DNA from: a virus
Taxonomy: Duplodnaviria; Caudoviricetes
Virus record (IMG/VR): IMGVR_UViG_3300031998_000072
Span: 3,428 to 67,427 of that record
DNA: 64,000 bases
Direction: 5' to 3' (one strand)
The notes under the pieces are model-generated. The model was given only the letters and a program-made list of their open reading frames with translations. It was not told the origin of the DNA and made no database searches. Positions 46,544-56,101 of this stretch are shown here, in pieces; the stretch's first letter is position 1; each line of letters begins with the position of its first letter. A program made the translations under genes and the position numbers.

Positions 46544-46890
46544 TAAATGATCTTATGATACTCATTATTGTAAACATCATTAAAATTTTCCCAATAATCA
46601 GACATCTTGTACTCCGGTTGAGTGGCGTAGTTAATATGTGCATCTTTAAAATCATAGTTATTAATATCAGCCTGATAGAGATCAATAAATTCCCTAAACT
46701 CTTCAGCAGTAAAAACTATTTCTGGATAACAACAAGTAAATGCTATCTCCGGATCGTTATCATACTCTTTTAACTTATCATGATCCACCAACCATTTAAT
46801 TGACTTAAGATTATCCAATTTAACATAGCCGTAAAACTTACCAAATTCCCAATTGTCTTCTCTGCAACAAATTGTAGGTCTATATCCCAT
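46534..46890 (-). CDS. hypothetical protein
   Basis: RBS GAGGTG; FYGTKLYGY-like motif FGKFYGYV. Confidence 0.65.
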   Translation of the reverse strand: MGYRPTICCREDNWEFGKFYGYVKLDNLKSIKWLVDHDKLKEYDNDPEIAFTCCYPEIVFTAEEFREFIDLYQADINNYDFKDAHINYATQPEYKMSDYWENFNDVYNNEYHKIIYWG

Positions 46891-46901
46891 AAAATATCAC
46901 C

Positions 46902-47279
46902 TCAATATCTTTTTTCTTCATCCTTTTCGCCACCCTCTCTGTGCTTATTAAATATTTCTACTGCATACTTAAACGGTCTTGATTTAGGATCGCTAGGTGA
47001 CCATTTACTAGTGTAATCTTTATCACTAAACTGAGTTTCGAGGCGCTCTTCATAATGTTTATCACGAAGCATAATAACAATCGCACCATTGTCAGAAAAC
47101 TTTTCAGTAGAAAAATACTCAACAGTGTCCATAAGATGATCAAATACCTCTTCCCAATTATCAAGCATTTCTTGCCGTTCACCATTACCGATTAAAACAT
47201 TCTGATCATAAGCATTTGTTACATATACTTCAAATTTCTGAAAATATTGAGCTGTATTTAAAATATCCCATAAAGTCAT
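46902..47279 (-). CDS. hypothetical protein
   Basis: In-operon ORF. Confidence 0.65.
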   Translation of the reverse strand: MTLWDILNTAQYFQKFEVYVTNAYDQNVLIGNGERQEMLDNWEEVFDHLMDTVEYFSTEKFSDNGAIVIMLRDKHYEERLETQFSDKDYTSKWSPSDPKSRPFKYAVEIFNKHREGGEKDEEKRY

Positions 47280-47434
47280 TCTGTATCACCTCGCATATTT
47301 TCATCGTACCATTCAAGCATAGTCGGTAATTTATACATCGGCGTATCTGCACTGATACTTTTAATGTAATTTGTATATTCACGCTCAAGTTTATAGTATC
47401 TCTTAAATAGTATTATCAATTCTCTGTCAGTCAT
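47276..47434 (-). CDS. small hypothetical protein (52 aa, not in ORF track)
   Basis: MTDRELIILF...; ATGA overlap with the downstream gene. Confidence 0.55.
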   Translation of the reverse strand: MTDRELIILFKRYYKLEREYTNYIKSISADTPMYKLPTMLEWYDENMRGDTE

Positions 47435-47777
47435 TGTCCGTACCGCCTTTCATCTTTGCACCGCATTTCTCACAAAAATTCGGAAAGTCAGTAAAGGTAA
47501 TAATGATAGTGTCTGCATTATTGCTACCCTTTTCATAGGAACAAAAAGGACAACAAATTCTATGAACTCCATTATTGTCTTCTGAAGTAATTATCCACTC
47601 GCCTTGCTTTGGCTCAACTGCCGGGGCAGTATCGATAATATCTAATACTTCTTCCGTAGGAATAGTTTTTCTGCCCTTGCTATACGGGTGATAGTATTTC
47701 TCTCTGACAAAAAACTGTTCTATCGCCTCTTTCATATACTTACGGCTGATTAAATCGTTGTTCATTCCGCACCTCAC
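47427..47777 (-). CDS. Zn-ribbon small protein
   Basis: GEWI...CPFC...CEKCGAKM. Confidence 0.65.
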   Translation of the reverse strand: MRCGMNNDLISRKYMKEAIEQFFVREKYYHPYSKGRKTIPTEEVLDIIDTAPAVEPKQGEWIITSEDNNGVHRICCPFCSYEKGSNNADTIIITFTDFPNFCEKCGAKMKGGTDND

Positions 47778-48100
47778 TCAATCGTCAAAATATCATCAGG
47801 CTTAATCTTAGGTGTTGGAAGAATCGTCCAATACTTTACTCCATGAACCTTAAACAATTTAGGATAAGCACTGGTTTCCTGAACCATATAAAATCCTGCA
47901 TCCTTGATTGTAAAGTTATGTTCCTTATCGTACTTATCAACCAATTCTAACTTAGCGCCTTCTTCATACCAACGAGCAATCTGCAAATGCCAATCCGACT
48001 CCCTTGCACAGTCCATACAGACTATGCAAGTGTCGTTCTCATTAGGCTTAGGTGCGAGAATATCATCTACAGCATTCCACTGAAATGTATATGACTCCAT
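47774..48100 (-). CDS. hypothetical protein
   Basis: Coupled ORF; ends VKYW..LP.PK, reminiscent of DUF551. Confidence 0.6.
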   Translation of the reverse strand: MESYTFQWNAVDDILAPKPNENDTCIVCMDCARESDWHLQIARWYEEGAKLELVDKYDKEHNFTIKDAGFYMVQETSAYPKLFKVHGVKYWTILPTPKIKPDDILTIE

Positions 48101-49401
48101 TACCTCGCCTCCCTAGTTCTGATTGTATAAGAGTCTGCCTTGCCAAACGGATGCTCAAACTTCTTATGAATATCAATGGTCATTCCATCGACAGTGATGA
48201 AAATGTTATCCGTCTTAGAATCCTTCATCTTCTCAAGGACAATATTAAGCAGAGCGAAAGTGTCAAAGTTCTTAGGATTCGATGCTATTCTTCTACTCTC
48301 TGCAACTGACTTAAGACCCTCATTTTCATCTTTAAGATTGGCATTCTCATCTCTAAGACGAGAATTATAGGCCTCAAGATCAAGCTTCTGTTTAAGAAGT
48401 TCATCATATCTATCAGCCTGCTCCTGAGCTGTCTTAAGAAGTTCATCATATTTAGCACTAAGTTTATCGCACTCTTCTTTAGATTCCTTATAGACATCAT
48501 ATGACTTTTTTGAAATTATCATCTTATCTACATTTGGCTTCTCTTCAGAATTATCAACGATATACTTCTTGCCAGCCTTTTCAATAGCTTCCTTAACCTT
48601 TCTAAGCTTAACAACGCCAAAGGTACGGATCTTAAGAAGCTCTTTATCTGTCTTCTCTACAAACTGTCCAACAGTCTGAATTCTGGCTCTATAAAGCGGA
48701 TTCGTTAATCTTGCATCGTCAATAATATCAACGAGAAGTGTGCTAAACCAATCTTCTGAATAATTCTTTCCAAGCATAATAAGTGATGTCTTTTCTTCCA
48801 TAGTTTTCCCCTTCGCTTCTTCAATATCTTTATTACCCCAAGCCCAATATATGCCGTTCATCTGGAATGGGTTATCTGATCTATCATAGCCAAATACTAT
48901 TGCTGCTTTTTCTCTAGTTTCTTTATCTGGAAAATATCTCTGTGTCTTATCATCTCTAATAATATCAAGATATGTCCAGTACATTGCAAGATACCTGCAC
49001 GCATCATATGTAGCCTGTCCATGAGGAAGCCGTGTATTATAGTCGCATCTAGCTTCATGAATAGCCTGCTCTGTCATAGATTTGAATTTCCTAAGACAAT
49101 CATATGACACATTAATGTTTTTCTTGTATTCTACAGCTCCATGCCATACAACACTGTCTTTTACAAGCTTGCTCCAAATATCATACGAGATCTGCATGCA
49201 ATGCCACTTGTACAAACCACGCTGTAATGTAGTTTTTGGCACATTGTGGAAAGTATCAAACAGACCGCATCTTGCAGGAACAAACTCTTTGACATTAGTC
49301 CAACCATGTTCTTCAATGAACTTCTTTCTTACTTCCAAATACTTTACATAAACGTCGTGCTCGGCTACCAAATTGTTAGTTGCAAATCTACTTACTGCCA
49401 T
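48100..49401 (-). CDS. protein with RNA polymerase alpha-CTD-like domain and coiled coil
   Basis: DDARLTNPLYRARIQTVGQFVEKTDKELLKIRTFGVVKLRKVKEAIEKAG parallels the alpha-CTD consensus (L...I.T..DL.....EL.K..N.G.KSL.EI). Confidence 0.65.
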   Translation of the reverse strand: MAVSRFATNNLVAEHDVYVKYLEVRKKFIEEHGWTNVKEFVPARCGLFDTFHNVPKTTLQRGLYKWHCMQISYDIWSKLVKDSVVWHGAVEYKKNINVSYDCLRKFKSMTEQAIHEARCDYNTRLPHGQATYDACRYLAMYWTYLDIIRDDKTQRYFPDKETREKAAIVFGYDRSDNPFQMNGIYWAWGNKDIEEAKGKTMEEKTSLIMLGKNYSEDWFSTLLVDIIDDARLTNPLYRARIQTVGQFVEKTDKELLKIRTFGVVKLRKVKEAIEKAGKKYIVDNSEEKPNVDKMIISKKSYDVYKESKEECDKLSAKYDELLKTAQEQADRYDELLKQKLDLEAYNSRLRDENANLKDENEGLKSVAESRRIASNPKNFDTFALLNIVLEKMKDSKTDNIFITVDGMTIDIHKKFEHPFGKADSYTIRTREAR

Positions 49402-49426
49402 AATTTGACTCCTTTTTAAATATCAA

Positions 49427-49690
49427 TTATTTAACTACTTCAAACGGATCTTCTTCAAGAATTACTTTTACCTGGTCTTCTGAAACCTGAAGAGCATCAG
49501 CAATCTCTTTTGCTGTCTTACCATCCATTTCCATCTTTCCAAGAATCCTTCCCTTCTGAAGAGATGTGTGAATGAAATAAGACATAAGCATTGTCTGCTC
49601 CTCATTGAGTGTTCCCATGATTGTTTGGACACTCCATGCTTTCTTCAGCTGCTCTTCAGCTTTCTTTGTTTCGTTCTTAATATCATCCAT
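49427..49690 (-). CDS. small HTH-like protein
   Basis: GKTAKEIADALQVSEDQVKVIL. Confidence 0.6.
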   Translation of the reverse strand: MDDIKNETKKAEEQLKKAWSVQTIMGTLNEEQTMLMSYFIHTSLQKGRILGKMEMDGKTAKEIADALQVSEDQVKVILEEDPFEVVK

Positions 49691-49692
49691 TT

Positions 49693-49896
49693 TTATTTCT
49701 CCTTTATCATATCATAAATATACTCAAAAGCATATGAAAGATTAAGAATCGTTTCAGAAACTTTTAAATCTTCTTCATAAGTATTACAATTATTTGCTAT
49801 TGTGTCCAATTCAACCTTAATAGTATCAAGAATATCGCCAAGTCTTTCAGCTGCTTTCTTATTTACATCATCCATTTTTCTTTTCCTCCATATCAT
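49693..49896 (-). CDS. hypothetical protein
   Basis: In-operon ORF (likely start MDDVN). Confidence 0.55.
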   Translation of the reverse strand: MIWRKRKMDDVNKKAAERLGDILDTIKVELDTIANNCNTYEEDLKVSETILNLSYAFEYIYDMIKEK

Positions 49897-50074
49897 ATTC
49901 CCAAGGATTTCCTATCTTACACTCAGTAATTACAGATGCTGATTCATCTCGACCTGGATACACAACAGGCTTTGAAAATGGACAATCAAAACATGATTCA
50001 AACTGATCACAAAATCCTTGTACTAATTTGACTGCTTCTTTTGCACTATTAAAATTTATTTTAATATCAGCCAT
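49868..50074 (-). CDS. hypothetical Cys-containing protein
   Basis: FC...C.DCPF motif. Confidence 0.55.
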   Translation of the reverse strand: MADIKINFNSAKEAVKLVQGFCDQFESCFDCPFSKPVVYPGRDESASVITECKIGNPWEYDMEEKKNG

Positions 50075-50303
50075 TATTCTTTTCCTCCATCAAATCCTTA
50101 TTTTCAACACGCCAAGCACATCTATAACACAGCTGTTTGCAAATACCATTCTGTAATGCTTCTCCACACATCATATATTTAATTTTGTCAGATGTGTCTT
50201 CGCTTTTTGGCTCAACGTCTCTTTCCATAGATAAAGAAGCAATCCAACTTACCATCACTATAGTTGCACAAATTATTGCACAAATTATCACCGATTCACT
50301 CAC
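50067..50303 (-). CDS. membrane protein with Cys motif
   Basis: N-terminal TM; C...C...C..CAW. Confidence 0.6.
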   Translation of the reverse strand: MSESVIICAIICATIVMVSWIASLSMERDVEPKSEDTSDKIKYMMCGEALQNGICKQLCYRCAWRVENKDLMEEKNNG

Positions 50304-50752
50304 TTCTTTCCCTCCTTATCAGCGGACTCGAACCAAGTCTTAAATGCCTTTCTACAATCAGGGCACATATCAACATATTCACCACCGCCCATTTTTATAA
50401 ATATATCATGGGTCTTCTTGTCTTCAATAAATTCTTTAGAATAATTTTTCTCTTCTCCTGGGAAGTATGGTTCGTCATGCTTAAATACACACTGAATGTC
50501 ATTCTTCTCGAACTTCTTCTCATAAAGCTTACCACATCTGTCACACTTCTTTGCTTCCATTTTGTTTGTCTCCTTTTTAATATCATTTAAATTAATTTTG
50601 TAGGTGTAGTCATAATAAGGGTTAAATGTTCCCCTCATTTGCATCATATCGATTTCATTCCTAATATAATCAGTAAAATTATCCGTACCGATATAAAAAC
50701 TAGGCGGTCTAATACAATTACTGTCTATTGTAAAATACGGCATAAATATCAC
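50300..50752 (-). CDS. hypothetical Zn-binding protein
   Basis: KCDRCGK...DMCPDC. Confidence 0.65.
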   Translation of the reverse strand: MIFMPYFTIDSNCIRPPSFYIGTDNFTDYIRNEIDMMQMRGTFNPYYDYTYKINLNDIKKETNKMEAKKCDRCGKLYEKKFEKNDIQCVFKHDEPYFPGEEKNYSKEFIEDKKTHDIFIKMGGGEYVDMCPDCRKAFKTWFESADKEGKK

Positions 50753-50976
50753 CTCTCCATTTTAGCACCGCAATCTGGACAATATGTAAATCCATAAGAG
50801 AAGCGAATATGGTATATTACTTTACAATTACTGCACTGAAGATCTCTTAAATGCCAATCTCTTCCACCATCATCAGTAGTTGCATCGGAAATATCAATCC
50901 ATTTCGCTTTTAGCCTTGTCTTACTTACTTTTACCTTTTTGACTTTTACTTTGTCACACCATGGCTTTTGTTTCAT
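50749..50976 (-). CDS. Zn-ribbon small protein
   Basis: KWI...CSNC...YCPDCGAKM. Confidence 0.65.
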   Translation of the reverse strand: MKQKPWCDKVKVKKVKVSKTRLKAKWIDISDATTDDGGRDWHLRDLQCSNCKVIYHIRFSYGFTYCPDCGAKMER

Positions 50977-50981
50977 AAATA

Positions 50982-51320
50982 TCAGTCCTCCCTAACTTCA
51001 TGCGCTTCAATTAATATTGAAAATTCTTCTTTTACTCCTTTGGAAATATCATCATCTACGAATGCTGTGATGTAAGCAATTCCTTCATCTTCGTTATCGA
51101 AAAGATCGTCTTCAGACAAGTATTTGCCTTCTTTTACATCTGCACATACAACTTTTTTGTTTTTGCTATCTTTTAAGAAAGCATGAATATCATCAATAAC
51201 ATACTTATTAGCATATTCAACTGCTAAATCTTTGTCATTACATACATGAGCTATACGAGTATATGCTTCGTTTAATTCGACATTTTTATAAATTGCAATT
51301 ACTAAATACACTTTTTTCAT
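50982..51320 (-). CDS. hypothetical protein
   Basis: In-operon ORF. Confidence 0.6.
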   Translation of the reverse strand: MKKVYLVIAIYKNVELNEAYTRIAHVCNDKDLAVEYANKYVIDDIHAFLKDSKNKKVVCADVKEGKYLSEDDLFDNEDEGIAYITAFVDDDISKGVKEEFSILIEAHEVRED

Positions 51321-51610
51321 TTTGGCATATTCTCCATAATTTCATCAATAACATCTGTAAGTTTTTCGAACATTTCATCTGGCGAAATATCATCCTTATA
51401 ATCAGTTCCTTTATATAAATCTAGCATATACATCTGAGGATCATCGCCATAATGTTTAACAACTATTCTTATACCTTCACCTTTGTTCGGCGGAGTATCC
51501 ATTAAGAATAATCTGTTTCTGAATTCCCATTCGTCTGTGTCTTCATTGTAAATATCATACTTATCCGAAAACCAAGTAAATAAGTCTTTCATTCTAGCCA
51601 TTATTATCAC
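51317..51610 (-). CDS. hypothetical protein
   Basis: In-operon ORF with RBS GAGGTG. Confidence 0.6.
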   Translation of the reverse strand: MIIMARMKDLFTWFSDKYDIYNEDTDEWEFRNRLFLMDTPPNKGEGIRIVVKHYGDDPQMYMLDLYKGTDYKDDISPDEMFEKLTDVIDEIMENMPK

Positions 51611-51613
51611 CTC

Positions 51614-51859
51614 TCATACATGAAAATCGCAAGTTAGCATGTTGTGAATCATGTCATCTGAACAATTCAGCAATACAACTTCATTACACTTGCTACATTT
51701 AAAAAGTAAGCAAGTCGAATTATATAACGGGTTTCTTGCGTACTTCCAATCCGTATAAAAGTGTTCACACTTTGGTTTGTCGTTGTAGTCAGTTCCGCAA
51801 GCATCACAGACGAGCGTTGATGGATCTATTAACTTTCCACAGTTCTTGCAGTATTTCAT
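51614..51859 (-). CDS. zinc-ribbon protein
   Basis: CKNCG...CDACG...C.H...CSKC. Confidence 0.6.
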   Translation of the reverse strand: MKYCKNCGKLIDPSTLVCDACGTDYNDKPKCEHFYTDWKYARNPLYNSTCLLFKCSKCNEVVLLNCSDDMIHNMLTCDFHV

Positions 51860-52188
51860 TACGCACCGCCTTTCTGCATATCAGCTCCGCAATGAGGACA
51901 ATATCTTATTTCGTTAATATCCTCGTTTGTAATGTGCATACACCTTGAGCAGTAATAATCATAACCATTTCCGTTGCGTTCTCCTGTTATCCACTCGCCC
52001 TTATAACCTTCTTTGAAATCGGGTAAAGATACTGTCGGGGAATTGTCGATAAGATTCAACATTAGCTTTACCAAATCAGTTTTTTCAAGCGAGTTGAGTT
52101 TCCTTATGTATGAGGTAGCACTTGCAAAGTCCAACTCCTTTTTGAGCTTGTCGCCTAAATCACTTCTACTGATTAAATCGTTATTCAT
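51859..52188 (-). CDS. Zn-ribbon small protein
   Basis: MNNDLISR; GEWI...CSRC...YCPHCGADM. Confidence 0.65.
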   Translation of the reverse strand: MNNDLISRSDLGDKLKKELDFASATSYIRKLNSLEKTDLVKLMLNLIDNSPTVSLPDFKEGYKGEWITGERNGNGYDYYCSRCMHITNEDINEIRYCPHCGADMQKGGA

Positions 52189-52592
52189 TCCACACCGCCT
52201 TTACGCATATCTGCACCGCAGTTAGGGCAGTAATTCCGTTTATCATGAATACTTTTCAAACTAAACCCACAATCTTTACAACCCCAAACTAAACGAGATG
52301 TTTCTTCATCATCAAATATTTCTTCTCGTTGAATCCACTCGCCTTGCGGTCTTTCATTTTCTCCCTCAGAAAAGCCATCAGACCAGCCATTATTATAAGC
52401 TTCTTCTAACTCAATTGCCTTTCTTACAGCATTTTCTACTGAGAGTATTCCATCTTCGTAGCCTAATTCCGGAGCATTATCAATAATATTAAGAAATCTT
52501 ATTGTGGGTATTGTTATGCCATTTTTGCTATTTATTAGATTACATAAATTTACCATTTCTATTTTCAAAGCATCCGCATCAATTGGTCTCAT
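52185..52592 (-). CDS. Zn-ribbon small protein
   Basis: MRPIDADAL; GEWI...CKDC...YCPNCGADM. Confidence 0.65.
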   Translation of the reverse strand: MRPIDADALKIEMVNLCNLINSKNGITIPTIRFLNIIDNAPELGYEDGILSVENAVRKAIELEEAYNNGWSDGFSEGENERPQGEWIQREEIFDDEETSRLVWGCKDCGFSLKSIHDKRNYCPNCGADMRKGGVE

Positions 52593-52787
52593 TTATTCCT
52601 CCTTGCTTTGAATATCAATCTTATTATCCATAATGTCTATAGCATCTTTTGCGACTTTAACTGCTTCATCATACTTTTCAAAAAGACTATTCAAATTCTT
52701 TGTTTCATCTGTTAAACAAGTAGCTTGTATTAAAAATAATAATCCACCAATAGCTTCTAATGTCTCTTTTGCTTCCTTTCCTGACAT
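52593..52787 (-). CDS. hypothetical protein
   Basis: In-operon ORF with RBS. Confidence 0.55.
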   Translation of the reverse strand: MSGKEAKETLEAIGGLLFLIQATCLTDETKNLNSLFEKYDEAVKVAKDAIDIMDNKIDIQSKEE

Positions 52788-52788
52788 A

Positions 52789-52968
52789 TTAATTCTCCTT
52801 TTTAATATCCCAATCTTTAATAGTTGTTTTAAACTTCTTAGCAGCCTGCCAATATCCGGGATGACCTATCAGCTTATTACTAGCATCCTTGTCATCCCTA
52901 GCATGAAGATAGATTGCTACACCTGCTTTTTCGCATTCAGCTCTGTAAGGGTAAAGTTTAGTTGGCAT
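52789..52968 (-). CDS. small hypothetical protein (59 aa, not in ORF track)
   Basis: RBS GGAGGT; MPTKLYPYRAECEKAG...; fills the operon gap. Confidence 0.55.
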   Translation of the reverse strand: MPTKLYPYRAECEKAGVAIYLHARDDKDASNKLIGHPGYWQAAKKFKTTIKDWDIKKEN

Positions 52969-53401
52969 TTGACACCTCCGAATCTGGTCCTTTGCTTGTG
53001 TCTACAAGTTTTGTATAATCTGTCCGCGTCCTCATTTCTAATACTATCAATCTATTATTAATTTCATTAATCTGACGCTGAATATCTTCAGTATATACAA
53101 CCTCTTCGGCATATGTAGGAGTTTTACCCCAATCATGAAAATTAATACCTGATCTTTGCATCCATTCCCAAAGAATGTTAATTCTGTTATCCTTAGGCTT
53201 ATTATTAATATCAGCCATGTAATACTTATTATCATTCTCGAGTTTTGTTATAGAATCTTTGCATGACTTTATATGATTTGTATTATTACTCTCTTTAAGA
53301 GCTAATTCACGCTGAAATCCTGCAATCCGTTTAATATCTCTTTCAAGCTTCTTAATCTTCTTTTTTAACTTCTTCTTTTTCATACAGTATCTCCCTCCCA
53401 T
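52958..53401 (-). CDS. coiled-coil hypothetical protein
   Basis: Likely start MKKKKLKK after GGGAGG. Confidence 0.55.
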   Translation of the reverse strand: MGGRYCMKKKKLKKKIKKLERDIKRIAGFQRELALKESNNTNHIKSCKDSITKLENDNKYYMADINNKPKDNRINILWEWMQRSGINFHDWGKTPTYAEEVVYTEDIQRQINEINNRLIVLEMRTRTDYTKLVDTSKGPDSEVSNAN

Positions 53402-53835
53402 CTCTGTCTTTCAAACATTTCAAAATTATTTGAACTATCGCAACCAATACAAGGAGTAACATCTGATGATAATGGACTATATCTGCAATCAGAACAAGGA
53501 TCGTTAGAAATATCATCTTTTTTAGAATAACTAAGGATAGCATCCATTTTAGCTATTTCAGAATCCCTCTTATCAATCTCAATTTCCAGCTTTTTTCTCA
53601 TCAGATTCATATCATTAAGAAGACGCTCCCGTTCATCTAATGACTTGGCATACTTAGCATTAATATCAACTAATTTATCTAAATCATATTCATGAGATTC
53701 TATAAGAAGATCATAATGTTTTTCTAAATCATTAAAATCTAATCTAAGTCTATGAATTATTAATGCAAATAGAATTATAATTCCTACTAATACGATTAAC
53801 AATGCAACAATTAATGCTCTTTCCATAAATATCAT
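53380..53835 (-). CDS. membrane-anchored coiled-coil protein with Cys motif
   Basis: N-terminal TM, coiled coil, C..C...PC..C. Confidence 0.6.
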   Translation of the reverse strand: MIFMERALIVALLIVLVGIIILFALIIHRLRLDFNDLEKHYDLLIESHEYDLDKLVDINAKYAKSLDERERLLNDMNLMRKKLEIEIDKRDSEIAKMDAILSYSKKDDISNDPCSDCRYSPLSSDVTPCIGCDSSNNFEMFERQRWEGDTV

Positions 53836-54332
53836 CCTTTCTTCTGCTTCTTCTCATATCTACCAACATACTTCTTGAAAATATCATAATAATCATAATT
53901 GTTTCCAAGAGCCTTCTTGGCAATAGCCATAGCAAGACCTTTTTCAGGATCAAACTCCTCGTTTTCAGCCTTTACTACTGTCTTAGTACCATCCTCCCAA
54001 AGAATAATAGTTGCCGGATTATTAAAGATAACATCCTTAATATCAAACTTATCGCGTTCCTTCTGATACTCGTTCCTCCAAGTAGTGAAACCTCCATAAT
54101 AATTATTCATAAACATTCTTGTTTTACCATTGCCCCTTCCGCAAATTATATAATGCGAGTCCTTAGTTTCGCCGATACTCTCAATGGCTTCTTTTACTAC
54201 GTAAGCGAAATTAGGATATGATCCATCTAGATTCACCTTAATTGTACAATCTGTTGTCAGCGGTCCACGAATCATAGAATTAGTGTTAAGTTCTGTAGTA
54301 ATACTTTCGACTTTTATTTTCATAAATATCAC
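53832..54332 (-). CDS. conserved hypothetical protein
   Basis: KDVIFNNPATIILWEDGTKTVVK...FDPEKGLAMAIAKK. Confidence 0.7.
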   Translation of the reverse strand: MIFMKIKVESITTELNTNSMIRGPLTTDCTIKVNLDGSYPNFAYVVKEAIESIGETKDSHYIICGRGNGKTRMFMNNYYGGFTTWRNEYQKERDKFDIKDVIFNNPATIILWEDGTKTVVKAENEEFDPEKGLAMAIAKKALGNNYDYYDIFKKYVGRYEKKQKKG

Positions 54333-54601
54333 CTCTCATATTCTTCAATTAATTTGCGTACGTGTTCGGTTATTCCAGGATACTTATTTTCAATACCTTT
54401 AGGGCAAAGAGTGAACCATCCATCAGAGTTTATTTCATCGGCAGCAAGAATTTGAATATCATCTGAATCTTTATGAACCCATATACTAACTTCATGTGAA
54501 AAACGAAGAATTCCATTAGATTCGCTGTAATTTAAGCCGATATAATAATTACCATTACGCTGTTTTTCAATAATAGGTTCTTTTGACATAAATATCATCA
54601 C
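54329..54601 (-). CDS. hypothetical protein
   Basis: GATATTTATG start context. Confidence 0.6.
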   Translation of the reverse strand: MMIFMSKEPIIEKQRNGNYYIGLNYSESNGILRFSHEVSIWVHKDSDDIQILAADEINSDGWFTLCPKGIENKYPGITEHVRKLIEEYER

Positions 54602-54604
54602 TCC

Positions 54605-55030
54605 TTATGCATATTTTCCAAATTTTTCTTTAGATTCTTCGCAAGATTTTAACCATTTTTTGGTTTGCTTCTCTATGTATGTATGAGCCTCTGGCTTAGT
54701 CATTCTATATTTAGACATTCTGCTCAATGCCATACCCTTTCTAAAACCAGTTGAGAACAAGCGCTTAAACCCACCGTTGTCATAATACTCAACATTATCC
54801 GTTCTAGATGACGGTATTTTCAAATATAATACTTCATAAGTCATATCAGAATATGCTATCCATATTTTTCTCGTACCACCACCTGCTGGATCATCTGCTA
54901 AGATCCTAACAACGTAAGGATCTCCGATTAAAGAATAGATGCTATCTTCGTTTTCCATTGAAAATTCAACAGGTTTTTCCTGATTCTTACAATACTCTTC
55001 CCAACCAAATTCTGCCATAAATATCAGCAC
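54605..55030 (-). CDS. hypothetical protein
   Basis: GATATTTATG start context. Confidence 0.6.
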   Translation of the reverse strand: MLIFMAEFGWEEYCKNQEKPVEFSMENEDSIYSLIGDPYVVRILADDPAGGGTRKIWIAYSDMTYEVLYLKIPSSRTDNVEYYDNGGFKRLFSTGFRKGMALSRMSKYRMTKPEAHTYIEKQTKKWLKSCEESKEKFGKYA

Positions 55031-55033
55031 TCC

Positions 55034-55384
55034 TTAATATTCTATAGGATGCATCATCGCATCGTTAAATTTAATTTTATAAAATTTATCCTTAGTTCTT
55101 ATAATATCAAATGGATTTTGACTAATAAACCATCCATATTTATATGAAATATTAGATGGTTCAAATATCATTTCATCATAATCATTAAATTTTAATACAC
55201 CATTTACTAAATCAATCAATTGGCCAATACTTATAGTATCGTATCCAAATTTCAAACAATGTTCATCAAATGCATTTTTTATATCGCATGCAATCTTTTC
55301 ATCAAAACAAATATCTACAAGATCACAGCGCTTATGATACCACATGTCGTTTCTCATTTCATTATACTTTACATATTCTGCCAT
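55034..55384 (-). CDS. hypothetical protein
   Basis: RBS AAGGAG; ISYKYGW motif. Confidence 0.6.
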   Translation of the reverse strand: MAEYVKYNEMRNDMWYHKRCDLVDICFDEKIACDIKNAFDEHCLKFGYDTISIGQLIDLVNGVLKFNDYDEMIFEPSNISYKYGWFISQNPFDIIRTKDKFYKIKFNDAMMHPIEY

Positions 55385-55601
55385 ACCTTTGTCTCCTTTC
55401 TGACTTTTAATGACTTAAAATATAAAGTAGTTTGCTTATTGAAACTACCAAAGTCACCATTGTAACGCCTATGGTTACGCCGCTATGCTTATTGACAGCA
55501 GTAAGTCACATCTCTTAAGGCAGGAATGATGCCGGGAGTTGTTATGCGCTGGGCCACTCCCCATCCGGAGTTGAACCGGATTTCAGGACCACCCTAACCC
55601 G

Positions 55602-55677
55602 TGGCAGCCCAAATTGGAATCGAACCAACGTATCACAGAGTCAAAGTCTGTTGCCTTACCGCTTGGCTATTGGGCTA
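55602..55677 (-). tRNA. trnQ: tRNA-Gln (TTG)
   Basis: 76 nt: TAGCCCA/TGGGCTG acceptor, ACAGA-CTTTGAC-TCTGT anticodon arm, GGTTCGATTCC T arm, encoded CCA. Confidence 0.95.
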
Positions 55678-55705
55678 TAAAATATAAGCAAAAAGATATA
55701 GGGGA

Positions 55706-55978
55706 TTAATCCCCTGTATCCTCTAGTTCTTTCATTAGATCATCTTTCATGTTCTCATAAGTTTCCTCCAATTCTTCAAACGAGTCAAGCTCATACATCT
55801 TTTCAGCAATGTAAGCTTGAGTCTCCGGTTTAAGTATAAGCAAGACACTTGATGCCAACTTGATTGCTTTATCGAAATCATGTTCGATAAGAGCATCAAA
55901 GTAGTCACCAATACCTGCTACGTACTGTTCCTTCTCTGCCTTCATTTCCTCAATAAACTGCTCTTTTGTCATTGTCAT
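55706..55978 (-). CDS. hypothetical acidic protein
   Basis: RBS AAGGAGG; downstream of a consensus promoter. Confidence 0.65.
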   Translation of the reverse strand: MTMTKEQFIEEMKAEKEQYVAGIGDYFDALIEHDFDKAIKLASSVLLILKPETQAYIAEKMYELDSFEELEETYENMKDDLMKELEDTGD

Positions 55979-56025
55979 ACTTAGAATCCTCCTTATTTGA
56001 TTCCAAAAATTGCCTAATCGTACCT

Positions 56026-56051
56026 ACTATACTATAGAATTTATTTGCGAA
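56026..56051 (-). promoter_or_regulatory. TTCGCA-N14-TATAGT promoter
   Basis: One mismatch in the -10 element. Confidence 0.65.
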
Positions 56052-56101
56052 AGACTAATAGGCCAAGAATATCTTGACCTATTGTCCGGTTTATAAGGAG
56101 G

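Noticed and set aside
55545-55601. tRNA-associated theta (HDV-like) ribozyme after tRNA-Gln
   Set aside because: P1, P3/L3, P1.1 and the catalytic J4/2 could not be assembled consistently by hand.
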